Assembly: GCA_963656725.1 (NCBI GenBank)
Contig: CAVKKI010000001.1
Span: 1-50,134, forward strand
DNA length: 50,134 nt
From: Oribacterium sp.
Lineage (GTDB): Bacteria; Bacteroidota; Bacteroidia; Bacteroidales; Bacteroidaceae
Direction of reading: 5' to 3'
Part shown: positions 19,618-28,038 of the stretch, piece by piece
Layout: every line of letters begins with the position of its first letter
How positions within the stretch are numbered: position 1 is the first letter of the stretch
The notes under the pieces: model-generated
The model's input: only the letters and a program-made list of their open reading frames with translations
What the model was told of the DNA's origin: nothing
The model's database searches: none
Made by a program: the position numbers and the translations under genes

Positions 19618-20022
19618 TCAACAAACCGCGGGCGGGCCTCGCCGCCAAATGGGTTTGCCCCACGGACAAACGTAAAAAGACCGACAAACGGCAAATGCCG
19701 CTTCGGTGTTGCGGTTATCTAAAATCAGTTCTCCTTTCGTTCCCCAAAAATTGAAGGGAAGGAAGGCTAAATTGTGGCCATGGCTCAATGCGCTTTGCGT
19801 TGCGCCATACACACTGTTTTGCTTCTGCCAATAGCACTCGTGCGAATGGTTGTCGGTGTGATGGTGAGCCGTGTGCTCATCGTTCACCCGCCCATCGGTG
19901 TGACAAACCTCCGATGTCCAGCAAGCCGCCCCGCCTTCGTGATGATGGTGGGGCAAGAAGGAAAGCAGCAGCACAAACGCCACTGCCAACCAAGCGCTAA
20001 ACGTGTGCTTTCGTTGGTTCAT
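19618..20022 (-). CDS. His/Cys-rich exported protein with C-terminal RGPP (DUF6769-like), candidate arrest-peptide leader
   Basis: Start reassigned to ATG 20022, 4 nt after a TATCTTTG -7 element; hydrophobic N-terminus followed by PHHHH; ends WRRGPPAVC. Confidence 0.75.
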   Translation of the reverse strand: MNQRKHTFSAWLAVAFVLLLSFLPHHHHEGGAACWTSEVCHTDGRVNDEHTAHHHTDNHSHECYWQKQNSVYGATQSALSHGHNLAFLPFNFWGTKGELILDNRNTEAAFAVCRSFYVCPWGKPIWRRGPPAVC

Positions 20023-20026
20023 GGTG

Positions 20027-20034
20027 CAAAGATA
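20027..20034 (-). promoter_or_regulatory. -7 element (TATCTTTG), probably giving a leaderless efflux-operon mRNA
   Basis: TATCTTTG-CACC-ATG on the minus strand. Confidence 0.65.
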
Positions 20035-20078
20035 GGGCATTTGCCGTGCAACTTAGTTGCAAAGCAAGAATTTTTGGC

Positions 20079-22004
20079 TCACTCTGGCGGAAAACTTTCA
20101 GTCAAGTCCTTCTTCACGCAGCAATCGTAGAGTTTCTTGTAGAACGGATGTTTGCAAAGCGTGGCCGAAGAGCCGAGCAGAATGAGCTTGTAGCGAGCGC
20201 GGGTGATGGCCACGTTCATGCGGCGGAGGTCGGAAAGAAAACCAATCTGCCCCTCGTCGTTGGCGCGAACTAGGCTCACCAACACCACGTCGCGCTCTTG
20301 GCCCTGGAAAGCGTCGACCGTGTTGACCGTGATGCTTTTGCGCAAAGGTTTAAGCGTTTCGCTTTGCCGCACTAAGGAACGCAGATATTGCACCTGCGCA
20401 CGATAGGGCGAGATAAGGCCGAAGTCCACTCGCTCTTCAAGAAGTCGCTGTCGGCCCATGCGCTCCACATATTGCGTCAAGGCTTTCAGAGCGAGTTGCG
20501 CCTCCGTCTTATTAATGCGTCCGTAGCTTGTGCCCACAAATTGCTCGTGCGCTTCAGCGGGAGCCTCCACCCACACCAAGGGGTGGTCGAGGTCGTTGAG
20601 CAGCGAACGGTGGCGCACTTCGGGAGCAGCCTCTAACTGCCCGTGATAGAACCATTGGCTAGAGAATTGCATCAACGCTTCGTTCATGCGATATTGCACG
20701 CGCAACAATCGCACCACCTCGGGCTTGCGTTCGGCCACTTGCTGCATGAGCGTGCGCGACAGACCGCCACGTAGGGCCTCTACGCTTTTCACCGTGGGCG
20801 GAAGTTGTTGGTGGTCGCCCGCAAAAATCACGCGGTCGGCTTTCTGCAATGCAATCCAACACGCGGCTTCAAGCGCTTGCGCCGCCTCGTCGATGAAAAG
20901 GGTGTGAAAACGCTGGCCAAGGAGTAGCGGGTTGGCGGCACCGGTGAGTGTGCAAGCTATGACGCGGCTCTCGTTGAACAAGTCGTGCCGAATGCGCATC
21001 TCCAATTCGTCGGCGCGCTCTCGAAGGCGGGCTATTTTTTGATGAAACCGCTCGTCGCGACTTTTGCGCGGCGCACTGTAAAGCTGGCGAATGGTGCGGC
21101 GCACTTGCCAAAGGGTGGGGTAGTCGGGGTGGGCCTCGAAGCGGTGCTCGTAGCTATGAGCCAGCATGCCCTCAGTCACTCGGCTCGGATTGCCAATGCG
21201 AAGCACGGAAATGCCGCGGTCGGAGAGTTGCTGACACATCCAATCGACGGCCGTGTTGCTTTGGGCGCAAACCATCACTTGCGGTTCGCGGCGCAGCACC
21301 TCGCTCACAGCCTCGACCAAGGTGGTGGTTTTGCCCGTGCCCGGTGGGCCGTGCACAATGAGCACGTCTTTGGCTCGAAGCACGTCGCGCACGGCTTGTT
21401 CTTGCGAGCCGTTTAGCCACGGCAAGCGCAGGGGCACGGCAGCCTCGGCGCCCCATTGGGCAGGCTGCGAGGTGTGAAAAAGGTCGCGTAGCTCGGCTAG
21501 TCGGTTGCCCTTGGCTTCAATCACGCGGTGAAGGGCCTCGAACATCACGCGATAGGAATAGTCGTCGAAGTGAAGTTGCACGCCGAGTTTGGCCACGCTT
21601 TGCAGTTGCGCCAGAGCGGCTTCGCCGGGCAACTCCACCACCATACGGTTCTCTTCAGCATAGCTCACCGTGCCTTGAAATGAGAGGTAATGAAGCAATC
21701 CGCTGCCGTCTTGTGAAAAGAAGCACACTTGTTTTCCATACTCAAAGTTATGCTCTATGTCGGCATCGACGCTACGATAAAGTTCCACAACGAAACGATT
21801 GAGCGAGTTGTAGTAACTTCGCCCAATCGTTAAGGGAAACCAACAGTCGCCGCGCTTCACTTTGCGGTCAACGCCCATGCTTTCGGTGTCGCGCTGAAAG
21901 GCTTTCTTTTCGTGCTCATACTCGAGTTTGAGAAGGGCTAGCTGATGCGTTAAATGAGTGAGGGGGTTGGATTTAGCGGAGGGGGAGGAGGAGTTTGCGG
22001 TCAT
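20079..22004 (-). CDS. Upf1/IGHMBP2-like superfamily 1 helicase (AAA_11/AAA_12)
   Basis: HGPPGTGKTTT, IDEAAQ, GDHQQLPP, QYRM, TVDAFQGQE, RRMNVAITRAR. Confidence 0.92.
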   Translation of the reverse strand: MTANSSSPSAKSNPLTHLTHQLALLKLEYEHEKKAFQRDTESMGVDRKVKRGDCWFPLTIGRSYYNSLNRFVVELYRSVDADIEHNFEYGKQVCFFSQDGSGLLHYLSFQGTVSYAEENRMVVELPGEAALAQLQSVAKLGVQLHFDDYSYRVMFEALHRVIEAKGNRLAELRDLFHTSQPAQWGAEAAVPLRLPWLNGSQEQAVRDVLRAKDVLIVHGPPGTGKTTTLVEAVSEVLRREPQVMVCAQSNTAVDWMCQQLSDRGISVLRIGNPSRVTEGMLAHSYEHRFEAHPDYPTLWQVRRTIRQLYSAPRKSRDERFHQKIARLRERADELEMRIRHDLFNESRVIACTLTGAANPLLLGQRFHTLFIDEAAQALEAACWIALQKADRVIFAGDHQQLPPTVKSVEALRGGLSRTLMQQVAERKPEVVRLLRVQYRMNEALMQFSSQWFYHGQLEAAPEVRHRSLLNDLDHPLVWVEAPAEAHEQFVGTSYGRINKTEAQLALKALTQYVERMGRQRLLEERVDFGLISPYRAQVQYLRSLVRQSETLKPLRKSITVNTVDAFQGQERDVVLVSLVRANDEGQIGFLSDLRRMNVAITRARYKLILLGSSATLCKHPFYKKLYDCCVKKDLTESFPPE

Positions 22005-22714
22005 CTGGGAGGGAGAGAAGTGTTGTAGGTGCGACGTTCCACACTGACGCCTATCATGGCGTTTTCGCCGATTTTAAATTCGGCTGCGGCGCCAATCACG
22101 TCGCGAGGCTGGTCGAAAAAGGCGGGGAAGGGGTTGCGGCGAAATTCGCTAAAGAGCGATTGTTGCGGCAGAAACGTTTTCTGGCCGTAGGCGTAAAGAC
22201 TGATTTTGTCGTTCACCTGATAGGCCAACACGCCACCAATGCCCACGTTGGTGCTTCGCCAACTTCCCCAATCGTAGTTCGTAGCAAAAAGTCCGGCAGC
22301 TATCGATAATTTCTTGGTAAGCGGAGACACATAAGCAAAAGCCGCCGTTTGGCCAAATCCTACGCCTCGGGGCGCTTTTTTCCCTAAACCCGCCGACACG
22401 CTTAAGCCAAATTGTGCGTTGAAGCCCTCGTGTAGTCGCCAGCCAAAGCCATCGAGCCCATAGGCAGAGCCCCATCCGCCCAAGCCATAAGCGCCTAGGG
22501 CAAACGAGGGGGTGTTCCAACGAAGATTGAGCCGGTTGTTGGCGGCTTGTGCGGCCAAGGGTATGGTGTCTGCCATCAGCGAGTCGTACTGGCGGCGCTG
22601 CTCTTGCATGTAGGCGTCGTCCCAAATGCGGCGTTGAGCCGGCACATCCGTTTGAGCGTGCAAGCTGGCCAATGAGGCGATGAAGCAGAACAGAGCAAGA
22701 AGAATTTGTTTCAT
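22001..22714 (-). CDS. Hypothetical exported, probable beta-barrel protein
   Basis: Start reassigned to MKQ at 22714 (signal peptide; -7 element TACATTTG at 22743-22750); alternating beta pattern; ATGA overlap with the helicase. Confidence 0.65.
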   Translation of the reverse strand: MKQILLALFCFIASLASLHAQTDVPAQRRIWDDAYMQEQRRQYDSLMADTIPLAAQAANNRLNLRWNTPSFALGAYGLGGWGSAYGLDGFGWRLHEGFNAQFGLSVSAGLGKKAPRGVGFGQTAAFAYVSPLTKKLSIAAGLFATNYDWGSWRSTNVGIGGVLAYQVNDKISLYAYGQKTFLPQQSLFSEFRRNPFPAFFDQPRDVIGAAAEFKIGENAMIGVSVERRTYNTSLPPR

Positions 22715-22848
22715 AGCAAAGCCTTTGTGATTTTTGAATGCGCAAATGTATGTAGATTTTGCGAAAAGCTGCATAAAAAAGCTATTAAATAAGCTAAAGC
22801 GGATTTTAATTCTTAATTTTGCTCTGTTTCTGAAAACCCTTCTCTTAT

Positions 22849-23976
22849 ATGCGAACGCTTTTTCTGCTTCTAACTTTTTTGCTTACGCAAGCCCTTTTCG
22901 CTGCCACGCCTTGGCTGAAGCGCCCTCTGCGCTATGTGCCAGCCGACAGTGTGGTGACGTGGGGATATGACGGACGCGATTTTCGTGCGATGGCTTTGTC
23001 GGTTGACTCTAGCCTAAAAACGAAACCCTTGACACTGACGCGCAAACAATGGGACGAGCGAAAGACCACGCTTGAGCAGTGGAATGCTCTAAAACCACGA
23101 CTTAACGTGATGGGCGGAACGGGCGATTACCTCACCGAACAGCAAGCTCTTTCGGCCGCCAAGGGCATTAATCAAGCGGCTATGCTTTTTTTGATGCAAG
23201 GCCGGGCGGAGTATATGGACCACGTGGAACGCGCACTCTATAATGCAACGATGCACACGGTGCGCGACACCTTGCTTCCCGCCACCGACCTTGACAAATG
23301 GGTGGCTGCCTCCTTGCTTTTTGCCGCTCCCGGATTGATGTATGCCACCTCGCCCTCGCACACCGATCTTTACGTAAATCTTTACGCCAACTCGCTCACG
23401 GCCATCCAATTGGGCGACCTTCATTTCTTGCTCGACCAAATCACGGATATGCCGCTCTCTGGCAGTGTGAAATTTCGCGTGATGGGAATGAAAGGAAGCA
23501 ACAAACTGAAAATGCATTTCCGCTTGCCCGAATGGACGGGGCTGCGCAGCGGCACACCTTATATATATATAGGAGGAGAAACACTGCACCCCACACTCTA
23601 TGTAAATGGTCACGAGATTGACCCTCTGCCGGTGGATGAAGACGGCTACTTGGTGGTGGAGCGCAACTGGCGAAACATGGACGAGGTGTATATCGAATTT
23701 CCGCTTCAAGCGCAATATGTGTTGCCGGCCTCCATTCCCAACGAAAAGCGTTTCGCTCCCATTCAAAATCACCCCGTAATGCAGATGGGCCCCGTGGCGT
23801 ATGTGCCGAAAGGGCGCACCGAGGGCTATTATTTCTTGCCCAAACAACCGCTGACCATTACCGACACGTTTGGCGTTGCGGGCTTGCCCACGCTGCGTGG
23901 CTTTATGTATGACGCGGTGAACGCTAAGCAGGATGTGGAAGCGCAAAAGAAAGAATTTACAGCAGAACCCTATTGA
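22849..23976 (+). CDS. GH127-like protein lacking the catalytic region
   Basis: ERALYN, LYVNLY, RLPEW, GYLVVERNW…DEV and GPVAY motifs of the GH127 C-terminal domains; signal peptide. Confidence 0.7.
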   Translation: MRTLFLLLTFLLTQALFAATPWLKRPLRYVPADSVVTWGYDGRDFRAMALSVDSSLKTKPLTLTRKQWDERKTTLEQWNALKPRLNVMGGTGDYLTEQQALSAAKGINQAAMLFLMQGRAEYMDHVERALYNATMHTVRDTLLPATDLDKWVAASLLFAAPGLMYATSPSHTDLYVNLYANSLTAIQLGDLHFLLDQITDMPLSGSVKFRVMGMKGSNKLKMHFRLPEWTGLRSGTPYIYIGGETLHPTLYVNGHEIDPLPVDEDGYLVVERNWRNMDEVYIEFPLQAQYVLPASIPNEKRFAPIQNHPVMQMGPVAYVPKGRTEGYYFLPKQPLTITDTFGVAGLPTLRGFMYDAVNAKQDVEAQKKEFTAEPY

Positions 23977-23984
23977 TTTTTTAG

Positions 23985-25241
23985 ATGAGAAACAATCCAT
24001 TTCCTAGAATAAAGCGCAGCTTGCTTCTTTCCCTCGCCCTACTGCAAACTTCATGGCTGATGGCGCAAGTGGACACGTTGGTGTTTGCACAACCCTCTGA
24101 ACAAGTGCATGCTGATGAGGTGAGCGAATTGCGGGTGAACATTGACGGATTGGCTTTTTTTCGCGATAATGAATACAACACGCACCATGCGATGAAGGGC
24201 TACACACTGCCGGGCATGTGGTTAGCCCCGAGTGTGAGCTATCAGCCGCTGAAAAATTTGAAACTTGAGGTAGGTGTGCACATGCTTCACTATTGGGGAG
24301 CGAGCCAATATCCTAACGGCAACTACTCCTCGTTGGAGCAAATCACCGAAGGCCACAGCGCCAAAGCGTTTCACTGCACTCCCACGTTTCGAGCCAATTT
24401 GCAGCTCACGCCTCAGCTGAACATTGTGTTGGGCACGATTTACGGCAAAACGCAACACCGCCTCATTCAGCCGCTCTATAATGACGAGATGAACCTGACC
24501 GCCGACCCCGAAACGGGCTTGCAAGTGTTGTGGCAATTGCCGTGGATGCATTTCGACACTTGGGTGAATTGGCAAGACTTTATCTTTAAAAAAGATGACC
24601 ATCAGGAGCGTTTCACCTACGGCCTCTCTACTCAGTTTTTCCCCTCCCGAAGCACGGCTCAAGCACAATGGTATATTCCCGTGCAACTGCTCATGCAGCA
24701 CACTGGGGGAGAGATTAACACCGAAGCCACCGACCGCATGATTAAAACGTGGCTCAATGCCGCAGCAGGCGTGGGCGTGAACGTTCCGCTTCGCACAAAA
24801 CTCCCCGTGACGCTCGGCGCCGAATGCATGGCCACCTACTACAGTCAACAAGCGGGCACGGCTCTGCCCTTCGATAAAGGCTATGGCGTGTTAGGCTCGT
24901 TGCGAGCCCGAGTGTGGAATTTCGGACTCACGGCAAGTTATTGGCAAGCCCACCAATTCATTCCCATCTTCGGCAGTCCACTCTATAGCGCTATGAGCAC
25001 CAGTGAAGAGGGCACTACGCTTCACCGCCCGCAACGATTTCAGTTGCAGGCCGACTATGCGCAGCAGCTAGCCAAAGGTTTTGCTTGGGGCGTGCGTCTG
25101 CAGTTCGATTGGCACAATCAGAAATACACTTACAACGCTGCGACGGGAGTGAAAGAACATCCTGGCTCCTCCACCGACTTGGCAGCGGGCATTTTCTTGC
25201 GCTTCACACCAAGCTTTTTGATTAAGAAATTTGGAAAATAG
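23985..25241 (+). CDS. Conserved hypothetical outer membrane protein
   Basis: Signal peptide, FFRDNEY…GYTLPG, aromatic beta-strand pattern. Confidence 0.7.
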   Translation: MRNNPFPRIKRSLLLSLALLQTSWLMAQVDTLVFAQPSEQVHADEVSELRVNIDGLAFFRDNEYNTHHAMKGYTLPGMWLAPSVSYQPLKNLKLEVGVHMLHYWGASQYPNGNYSSLEQITEGHSAKAFHCTPTFRANLQLTPQLNIVLGTIYGKTQHRLIQPLYNDEMNLTADPETGLQVLWQLPWMHFDTWVNWQDFIFKKDDHQERFTYGLSTQFFPSRSTAQAQWYIPVQLLMQHTGGEINTEATDRMIKTWLNAAAGVGVNVPLRTKLPVTLGAECMATYYSQQAGTALPFDKGYGVLGSLRARVWNFGLTASYWQAHQFIPIFGSPLYSAMSTSEEGTTLHRPQRFQLQADYAQQLAKGFAWGVRLQFDWHNQKYTYNAATGVKEHPGSSTDLAAGIFLRFTPSFLIKKFGK

Positions 25242-25378
25242 CCGTTGCTCCCACGCAAAAGCATTCAGAAAAAGTTTAACACGGCGATTAGAAGAACAAA
25301 AAACGCAAGGCAAAAGACTGAAAACTAAAAAGTTTTTATTACTTTCGCAGTCAGTTTCGACTACAATTAATTAAAAAA

Positions 25379-25630
25379 ATGAACACAAAAGATACAAACA
25401 AGACAAATGGCTGTGTGGCCCAAGGCATGTCGAACATCTACGACGAAGTGAGCACCTCTGTAGCTTCAGCCATTAAACAAGACTTGATGGAACACTTTGG
25501 TAAAGGTCTTTACTATCACCTTAAAAATGGCGAAAAGCCCATCAGCGCCGAACAGCAGGCATTCATCGCCGAGACTTTCGTGAAACACGGCGTCACCACT
25601 CCGCCCGTTTACGACAAAGTGCTTGCCTAA
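25379..25630 (+). CDS. Small protein resembling the C-terminal half of DUF6078 proteins (HTH-like)
   Basis: Own -7-like element TACTTTCG (25340-25347), A-rich start region and terminator; FG..YY..KNGE..I..EQQ.FI motif. Confidence 0.7.
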   Translation: MNTKDTNKTNGCVAQGMSNIYDEVSTSVASAIKQDLMEHFGKGLYYHLKNGEKPISAEQQAFIAETFVKHGVTTPPVYDKVLA

Positions 25631-25667
25631 ACATAGAGCATTCTTTTAATCATAAGTTTTGATTTTT

Positions 25668-25704
25668 CTCCTCGTAGCAATCTCCTTGTTGCGAGGAGTT
25701 TTTT
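25668..25704 (+). terminator. Intrinsic terminator
   Basis: CTCCTCGTAGCAA/TTGTTGCGAGGAG stem followed by TTTTTT. Confidence 0.8.
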
Positions 25705-25746
25705 GTGCTTTGGTGTGGAGGCGCTCCCCATTCATTTTCTGCTACA

Positions 25747-25795
25747 CGTTATTCGCTATTCGTTATTTGCGATTCGCTAATCGTTATTCACTAAT
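25747..25795. repeat. Degenerate heptamer tandem repeat (CGYTAWT)x7 spanning the recQ stop
   Basis: cgttatt-cgctatt-cgttatt-tgcgatt-cgctaat-cgttatt-cactaat. Confidence 0.7.
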
Positions 25796-27754
25796 TTGCT
25801 GTATCCCTGCGCCATGATATTTCACCTTGTCGTCATTTAGCAACTGCTGAATGGCTTCTTGCAACACTTTTTCGGAAAATCCCGATTGCGCAAAGTCGGT
25901 TAGGTGGTGAGTGCGCCCATCGGAAAGGAATTCCTGCACGTAGTCGATGGCCGCCTCAAGTTGCTCCTCGTTCGTCATGCCGTCTACCTCGCGCTCCCGT
26001 TCCACGCAGAGGTCGCAATAGCCGCAGTCGGGGCCGTCGTCGTCGAAATAATGAAGCAAAAAACGGCTGCGGCACGTGTCGGTCTCGGTGAAATAGCGCA
26101 CCATGGCATCGATGCGTTCCTTATATTGCTCAAGGCGGCGGTCGTAGATGTCGGGCATAATCTCCACTTGCTCCATGTCGATGCGCCGCATGGTGTAGGT
26201 GATTTGCGGAATGTTTTTGTGCGGAATGTAGTTGAGCACGCGCAAGCGCGTCAGGTGTTTCAAGTGTTCATACACCTGTTCCGAGGTCAGTCCGCAGCTT
26301 TGTGCAATGCGGTCTTCCTCAATACCCACGTAGTCGGTGAAGAAACCGCCGTTGGTGCGCATCAGTGTGTTGAGAATTTGTTCCTCTGTATCGCTGAGGT
26401 AGTTCACATGGTAAAGTTCGTCGCGGCGCACCAAAAACATCAGTCGCGAGGAGTGTTCGTCCTCAAGGCTGAAGTGAATGTAGCCAGCCCGTGTGAGCAG
26501 ATTGAGAGCGCTGACCAAGGTGACGGGGAAGTGTCGGAACACCTGGCAGAAGCGCTCAATGTTGAAATCGAAGGTGCGCCCTTCAGCCTCGCCCTCGGCT
26601 ATTTGGAAGAAGGAAGAAAGGTCGCCATAAACCTTTCGGATGTAGCTGCGCTCGGGAAAGGTTTGCGGAATGCGCGAAAGCAAGCGCTGAACGTCTTGGT
26701 TGTCGGTGAGCAACACGGCATAGGCCACCTGTCCATCGCGTCCGCCACGGCCCGCCTCTTGAAAGTAGGCCTCGAGCGAGTCAGGCACGTTCATGTGCAC
26801 CACCAAGCGCACATCGGGTTTGTCAATGCCCATGCCGAAAGCGTTGGTGGCCACCATCACCCGCACACGGTCTTCTTGCCAAGCCTTTTGGCGCACGTCT
26901 TTGTCGAGGGGCGTGAGGCCGGCGTGATAATAGAGCGAAGAGATGCCTTGGCTCTCTAACATTTCGGAAATTTCCTTTGTGCCGCGTCGCGAACGGGTGT
27001 AGACGATGGCGCAACCAGCCACGCTGCGCAAAATGTGGAGCAGTTCCTCGCTCTTATCCTTTGTGGGGCGCACCACATAGTGCAGATTGGGACGCGCAAA
27101 ACTCATTTTAAACGCTTGCGAACCCTTGCGAAACTGCAAACGTTGCTGAATGTCGTCCACCACACGCGAAGTAGCCGTGGCGGTAAGGGCCAACACGGGC
27201 GTGGCTTCGGGCAAGTGTTGACGAATGGCGGCTATCTGCAAATAATGAGGGCGAAAGTCGTAGCCCCATTGCGAAATGCAGTGCGCCTCGTCTACGGTGA
27301 TGAAACTCACGTGCATGCGCTGCACTTTGGTAAGGAAGATAGAGGTGGCTAGGCGCTCGGGCGAAACGTAGAGAAACTTATAAGCGCCGAAGATGGCGTT
27401 GTCGAGATGTCTCAAAATTTCTTCGCGCGTTTGTCCTGAGTAGATAGCGGCAGCTTGAATGCCGTGGCGTCGCAGATTGTCCACTTGGTCCTTCATCAAC
27501 GCAATGAGCGGAGTGACCACAAGGCACACTCCCTCAAGCATGAGCGCCGGCACTTGAAAGGTGATGCTTTTGCCGCCTCCCGTAGGCATTAGCCCGAGCG
27601 TGTCGCGCCCTTCTAAAATGCTTAGAATAATCTTTTCTTGTATGCCGCGAAAGCCTGGATAGCCCCAATAGCGGCGCAACGTGGCCAACGCTTTGGCTAA
27701 GCGCTCGTTGGTGTCGGCTTGATTGGGGGGAGTGGCTTGTGCTTTTGGCATCAT
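25784..27754 (-). CDS. recQ: RecQ family ATP-dependent DNA helicase
   Basis: MPTGGGKS, DEAHCISQWGYDFRP, ATNAFGMGIDK, QEAGRGGRDG, zinc-binding CR…CGYCDLC. Confidence 0.93.
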   Translation of the reverse strand: MMPKAQATPPNQADTNERLAKALATLRRYWGYPGFRGIQEKIILSILEGRDTLGLMPTGGGKSITFQVPALMLEGVCLVVTPLIALMKDQVDNLRRHGIQAAAIYSGQTREEILRHLDNAIFGAYKFLYVSPERLATSIFLTKVQRMHVSFITVDEAHCISQWGYDFRPHYLQIAAIRQHLPEATPVLALTATATSRVVDDIQQRLQFRKGSQAFKMSFARPNLHYVVRPTKDKSEELLHILRSVAGCAIVYTRSRRGTKEISEMLESQGISSLYYHAGLTPLDKDVRQKAWQEDRVRVMVATNAFGMGIDKPDVRLVVHMNVPDSLEAYFQEAGRGGRDGQVAYAVLLTDNQDVQRLLSRIPQTFPERSYIRKVYGDLSSFFQIAEGEAEGRTFDFNIERFCQVFRHFPVTLVSALNLLTRAGYIHFSLEDEHSSRLMFLVRRDELYHVNYLSDTEEQILNTLMRTNGGFFTDYVGIEEDRIAQSCGLTSEQVYEHLKHLTRLRVLNYIPHKNIPQITYTMRRIDMEQVEIMPDIYDRRLEQYKERIDAMVRYFTETDTCRSRFLLHYFDDDGPDCGYCDLCVEREREVDGMTNEEQLEAAIDYVQEFLSDGRTHHLTDFAQSGFSEKVLQEAIQQLLNDDKVKYHGAGIQQISE

Positions 27755-27858
27755 ACGATAAAGAAAAAACGGACAAGTTAGCGATAGAAGAGAATAATGA
27801 CATGGACAGTGTAGAAATGAGTGCTAACCTGCCCGTTTATATGTAGTTTTGTTGAGAG

Positions 27859-27903
27859 AAAACTTTGAGCCGAATGCTTTGCGTGGCATGGGCTCAAAGT
27901 TTT
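27859..27903 (-). terminator. Terminator-like hairpin after recJ
   Basis: AAAACTTTGAGCC/GGCTCAAAGTTTT, 13-bp perfect stem. Confidence 0.65.
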
Positions 27904-27930
27904 TGTTTATTCTTAGAAAAGAGGTTGAGG

Positions 27931-28032
27931 CATACCTTATTATATAGAGGAGCATATCTTTTATATAAGGGGTATACCTTATTATATAGAAGCATTCCTT
28001 TTTAGATAGCTACACACCTTATTATATATAGG
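27931..28032. repeat. Five tandem units of about 20 bp, consensus CATACCTTATTATATAG
   Basis: Units at 27931, 27953, 27973, 27993 and 28013. Confidence 0.8.
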
Positions 28033-28038
28033 CGTGTT

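Noticed and set aside
20079..22004. Upf1-like helicase as a defence system
   Set aside because: It has no fused nuclease or defence partner, has host-like codon usage and is a common Bacteroidales gene.
23089..24000. Long antisense ORFs (for example 23089-24000, 15845-16819, 25904-26959, 9521-10243, 38432-39193)
   Set aside because: They are shadows of well-supported genes on the opposite strand, caused by codon bias, with no recognisable motifs.
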